Positions 61,178 through 63,654 of a DNA stretch of 63,654 nt are shown one piece after another. The position numbers and the translations under genes were made by a program. A model generated the notes under the pieces. It did not search any database. It was not told the origin of the DNA and worked only from the letters and a program-made list of their open reading frames with translations. Positions within the stretch are counted from its first letter, which is position 1, and each line of letters opens with the position of its first letter. Source of the stretch: Desulfobacterales bacterium (GTDB taxonomy: Bacteria > Desulfobacterota > Desulfobacteria > Desulfobacterales > ETH-SRB1); contig JAUWQO010000004.1 in assembly GCA_030610995.1 (NCBI GenBank), forward strand, positions 1-63,654, written 5' to 3'.

Positions 61178-62925
61178 TTCACCGCATCTACAGCAGTCTG
61201 CCGAGCTTTAAGAATCTTGAGTTTCACAGCGGTCTCAATCTTGTGCTCGCAGAAAAGACACCGGGTGCAACCGAACGACAGACGCGAAATCGTGCGGGGA
61301 AGTCCAGCATTACGGAGATCATCCATTTTCTCATGGCTGGAACCCTCGAAAAAAACTCCATCTTTCGGGACGTGTACCTCAAGAATCACTCATTCGGCCT
61401 GGAGTTCGACCTTGGCGGACACATGGTCGCGATGGAGCGCGAAGCGGAGAATCGTTCAGTCCTGACAGTCGCTGGCGGAGAGTATAATCACTGGCCTGTT
61501 CAGCCATCAGTCGATACGCTTACCGGTAAAAACATGATCAAAAACAGCCTGTGGAAGATCGTGCTTGGGAAAATCCTCTTTGAGCTGCCTGAATCAGAGG
61601 AAAAATATAGTCCCACGTTTCGATCATTGTTTTCCTACTTTGTCCGGCGACAATCCGTACTGGGATTCACGGACCCCTTTCGACAAAACGAAAAACAACA
61701 GATCTACGATCAGCAGGTTGCTATCAGCTATCTTATCGGCCTTGACTGGACGATTCCTCAGAAATGGCAATCGATTCGGGAACAAGAGAAATCCCTCAAG
61801 GCTCTCAAGAAGGCTGCCATGGAGGGTGCGCTTGGCGATATCATCAGCACGACATCTGATTTACGCACCAAGCTTACGGTGGCCGAAGCCCGGGCCGTGC
61901 AGCTAAGACGGAGCACCACGGAGTTCAAGGTTCTACCGGAGTATCGCGAACTCGAGCAGGAAGCATCCGACCTCACAAGGCAGATCAACAAACTCGTTGA
62001 TGAAAACACGATGGATCGTCAGCTCATCGACGATATCGAGGAATCCTTACAAGAGGAAGCCCCACCGCCAGATACCAAACTCGAGGAGGTGTATCGAGAG
62101 GCGGGAGTCGTTCTTCCTGCTTTGGCTTTGAAGCGATTCGAGGATGTAAGAGCCTTTCATCAATCGGTTCTTGCCAACAGGAATTCGTATCTTCGGGGTG
62201 AGATCAGTGCCTCACGTCGACAAATCGAACATAGGGTAGACACGATCAAAAAACACGAGGTACGGCGTTCGCAAATTATGGGCATCCTCCAGTCGCATGG
62301 GGCACTCGATCATTTCACCAGGCTTCAGCAGGAACTTGCTCGACTCGAAACCGACGTGGAAAACCTCAGACAGCGCCATACAATAGCCGAAAAGCTGGAA
62401 AGCGGCAAAACGGATCTCGATCTTGAGCGACAACAGCTATTACGCCGTTTGCGCCAGGATCACAATGAGCAAAGCGATATTCTGCGAATGGCGATTCTTG
62501 CTTTTGAGGAGATTTCCAATGCCCTCTATGAAGATGCCGGCAGCCTCGTGATCAGTGAAAGTCTTAATGGGCCGCAATTCGAGGTTAAGATTCATGGCAA
62601 AAGGAGCAGCGGGGTTTCAAACATGCAGGTCTTTTGCTTCGACATGATGCTAATGAGGTTCTGTGCAGAACGCGGCATCGGGCCGGGTTTTCTCTTCCAT
62701 GACAGCCATCTTTTCGATGGTGTCGATGAACGACAGGTTGCGAAAGCATTGCAGCTTGGAGCAAAAATGGCAGACCAGCTCGGATTTCAGTACATTGTTA
62801 CCATGAATGAAGATGCACTGCCAGTCGAGTTGCCAAAGGACTTTGATCTGGAGCAATACATCATGCCGACACGCTTGACGGATGCCACTGAGGACGGCGG
62901 TTTGTTCGGTATTCGATTCGGCTAA
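61174..62925 (+). CDS. SMC/Rad50-like ABC ATPase with central coiled coil (DUF2326-like)
   Basis: 583 aa from ATG 61174; Walker A TRNRAGKSS, ~250-aa charged heptad-rich middle, signature-like KRSSGVS, Walker B/D-loop GFLFHDSHLFDGVD. Confidence 0.75.
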   Translation: MIHRIYSSLPSFKNLEFHSGLNLVLAEKTPGATERQTRNRAGKSSITEIIHFLMAGTLEKNSIFRDVYLKNHSFGLEFDLGGHMVAMEREAENRSVLTVAGGEYNHWPVQPSVDTLTGKNMIKNSLWKIVLGKILFELPESEEKYSPTFRSLFSYFVRRQSVLGFTDPFRQNEKQQIYDQQVAISYLIGLDWTIPQKWQSIREQEKSLKALKKAAMEGALGDIISTTSDLRTKLTVAEARAVQLRRSTTEFKVLPEYRELEQEASDLTRQINKLVDENTMDRQLIDDIEESLQEEAPPPDTKLEEVYREAGVVLPALALKRFEDVRAFHQSVLANRNSYLRGEISASRRQIEHRVDTIKKHEVRRSQIMGILQSHGALDHFTRLQQELARLETDVENLRQRHTIAEKLESGKTDLDLERQQLLRRLRQDHNEQSDILRMAILAFEEISNALYEDAGSLVISESLNGPQFEVKIHGKRSSGVSNMQVFCFDMMLMRFCAERGIGPGFLFHDSHLFDGVDERQVAKALQLGAKMADQLGFQYIVTMNEDALPVELPKDFDLEQYIMPTRLTDATEDGGLFGIRFG

Positions 62926-63474
62926 GGGTAAGGTTAAGCAGGAAAGATTATATTGCAACTAAGATGTTTTTTGAAGTATACAGGGGACTAACGTCTGAAC
63001 AGTTAGAGGATTTTCGGCGTGCAAAAGAGAGTTGGGAAGATGTTGATCTGCCATCAGTTCCAGCAAATGCAAGGATCAATTTTACTCCGGGGTGGCAGGT
63101 TCTTCAAACATCAACAGTGCAACTTCGTACATGAGAAAAAAGTCCGAGAGGCGGGGCGGATCTTTTTAAGGTGCCTTATGACATGGACGAGCCAAACCTC
63201 ACGATTCTGGTTGCCGGAAAAGAGCAGTTCCCCCATCCGGAAGGATTAGATAGTTAGTCATATGCGCTTGTTGTGACATTTTCGTTTGATGGTGAAGAAA
63301 TCGCCTGTATAATCTTGTACGTCAGAGGGTGAGGATTAGAGAAAGGGTTAGAGTTCAGAATTAAGTTGTCAGCGAAAATTTTGGGATGCTCTTTAGTTTT
63401 ACAGCTTTGGATAGGTTGTCGCTTTTATTACATAGCTAACTTTAATTTCATACAGGGGGCTTGTTTTAAAACTG

Positions 63475-63520
63475 CAAATGTGAAGGGCGTACCCCAAGTC
63501 CATACAAATGTGAAGGGCGT
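63475..63520. repeat. Two direct copies of caaatgtgaagggcgt spaced 30 bp
   Basis: 63475..63490 and 63505..63520 identical; followed by ttatgttgtg (63524) whose reverse complement cacaacataa lies at 63626. Confidence 0.6.
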
Positions 63521-63654
63521 CCCTTATGTTGTGAGTTCTCTCTAACCCATTGAAAAAACAAATAAATACTCACCAAAAGCTTATGCATCGATATTTGCTA
63601 TAATAACAAAGAGTTATGGAAAGCCCACAACATAACTTAAAATGACTCGCAACA

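Noticed and set aside
62964-63255. 56-aa ORF (MFFEVYRGLTSEQLEDF...) 39 nt after the ATPase, plus frames reading ..AGRIFL.. and ..VPYDMDEPNLTILVAGKEQ that loosely recall a frameshifted RelE/ParE-type toxin. This region also includes the 76-aa track ORF 63019-63249.
   Set aside because: The similarity is only impressionistic and needs two frameshifts. I cannot support either a fourth system gene or a TA pseudogene from sequence alone.

Overview
All calls come from reading the sequence and ORF translations by eye. No searches were run, so family assignments are motif-level recognition and repeat boundaries are approximate (about +/-5 nt).

The window looks like a low-GC bacterial chromosome, probably a sulfate-reducer-like deltaproteobacterium (Desulfobacterota); that taxonomic guess is inference only.

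**Positions 1-47.2 kb: housekeeping, origin-proximal.**
- The cluster rpmH-rnpA-yidD-yidC-jag-mnmE is present. rpmH is not in the ORF track.
- dnaN-gyrB sit next to a very AT-rich gap and an initiator-type tRNA-Met.
- Other core genes include asnS, hldE, thrH-hom-aminotransferase, purM, lptD, a NusG paralog, IHF, holB, ricT-like and metG.
- Redox and one-carbon genes include an MTHFR fusion and a 1124-aa Sfr-like FeS flavoprotein overlapping adenine deaminase.
- A HesB/IscA-like gene is only complete if an in-frame TGA is read as selenocysteine.
- Almost every intergenic gap here holds palindromic miniature repeat elements of several families. Some are decayed four-helix-bundle or GxxExxY gene shells. 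They create false N-terminal extensions on several track ORFs.

**Positions 47.2 kb to the window end: accessory/defence island, directly after metG.**
- A class II Fic protein.
- An XRE-ImmA fusion translationally coupled to a DEDDh exonuclease. This module occurs as a staggered mosaic of partial duplications that bracket three cargo cassettes: Fic, a YhcG/DUF1016 nuclease, and RhuM-like plus Doc.
- A DUF1016::HipA chimeric pseudogene.
- A Type IIS-like restriction-modification unit: a tandem double Dam-like methyltransferase, an AlwI-family-like endonuclease and an extra beta-class methyltransferase.
- A three-gene operon in a more GC-rich patch with ATGA start/stop overlaps: a nuclease-like effector, an 81-aa middle protein and an SMC/Rad50-like ABC ATPase. 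It fits the ABC-three-component (Lamassu-like) architecture. I rank it as the best candidate for an uncharacterised system in this window.
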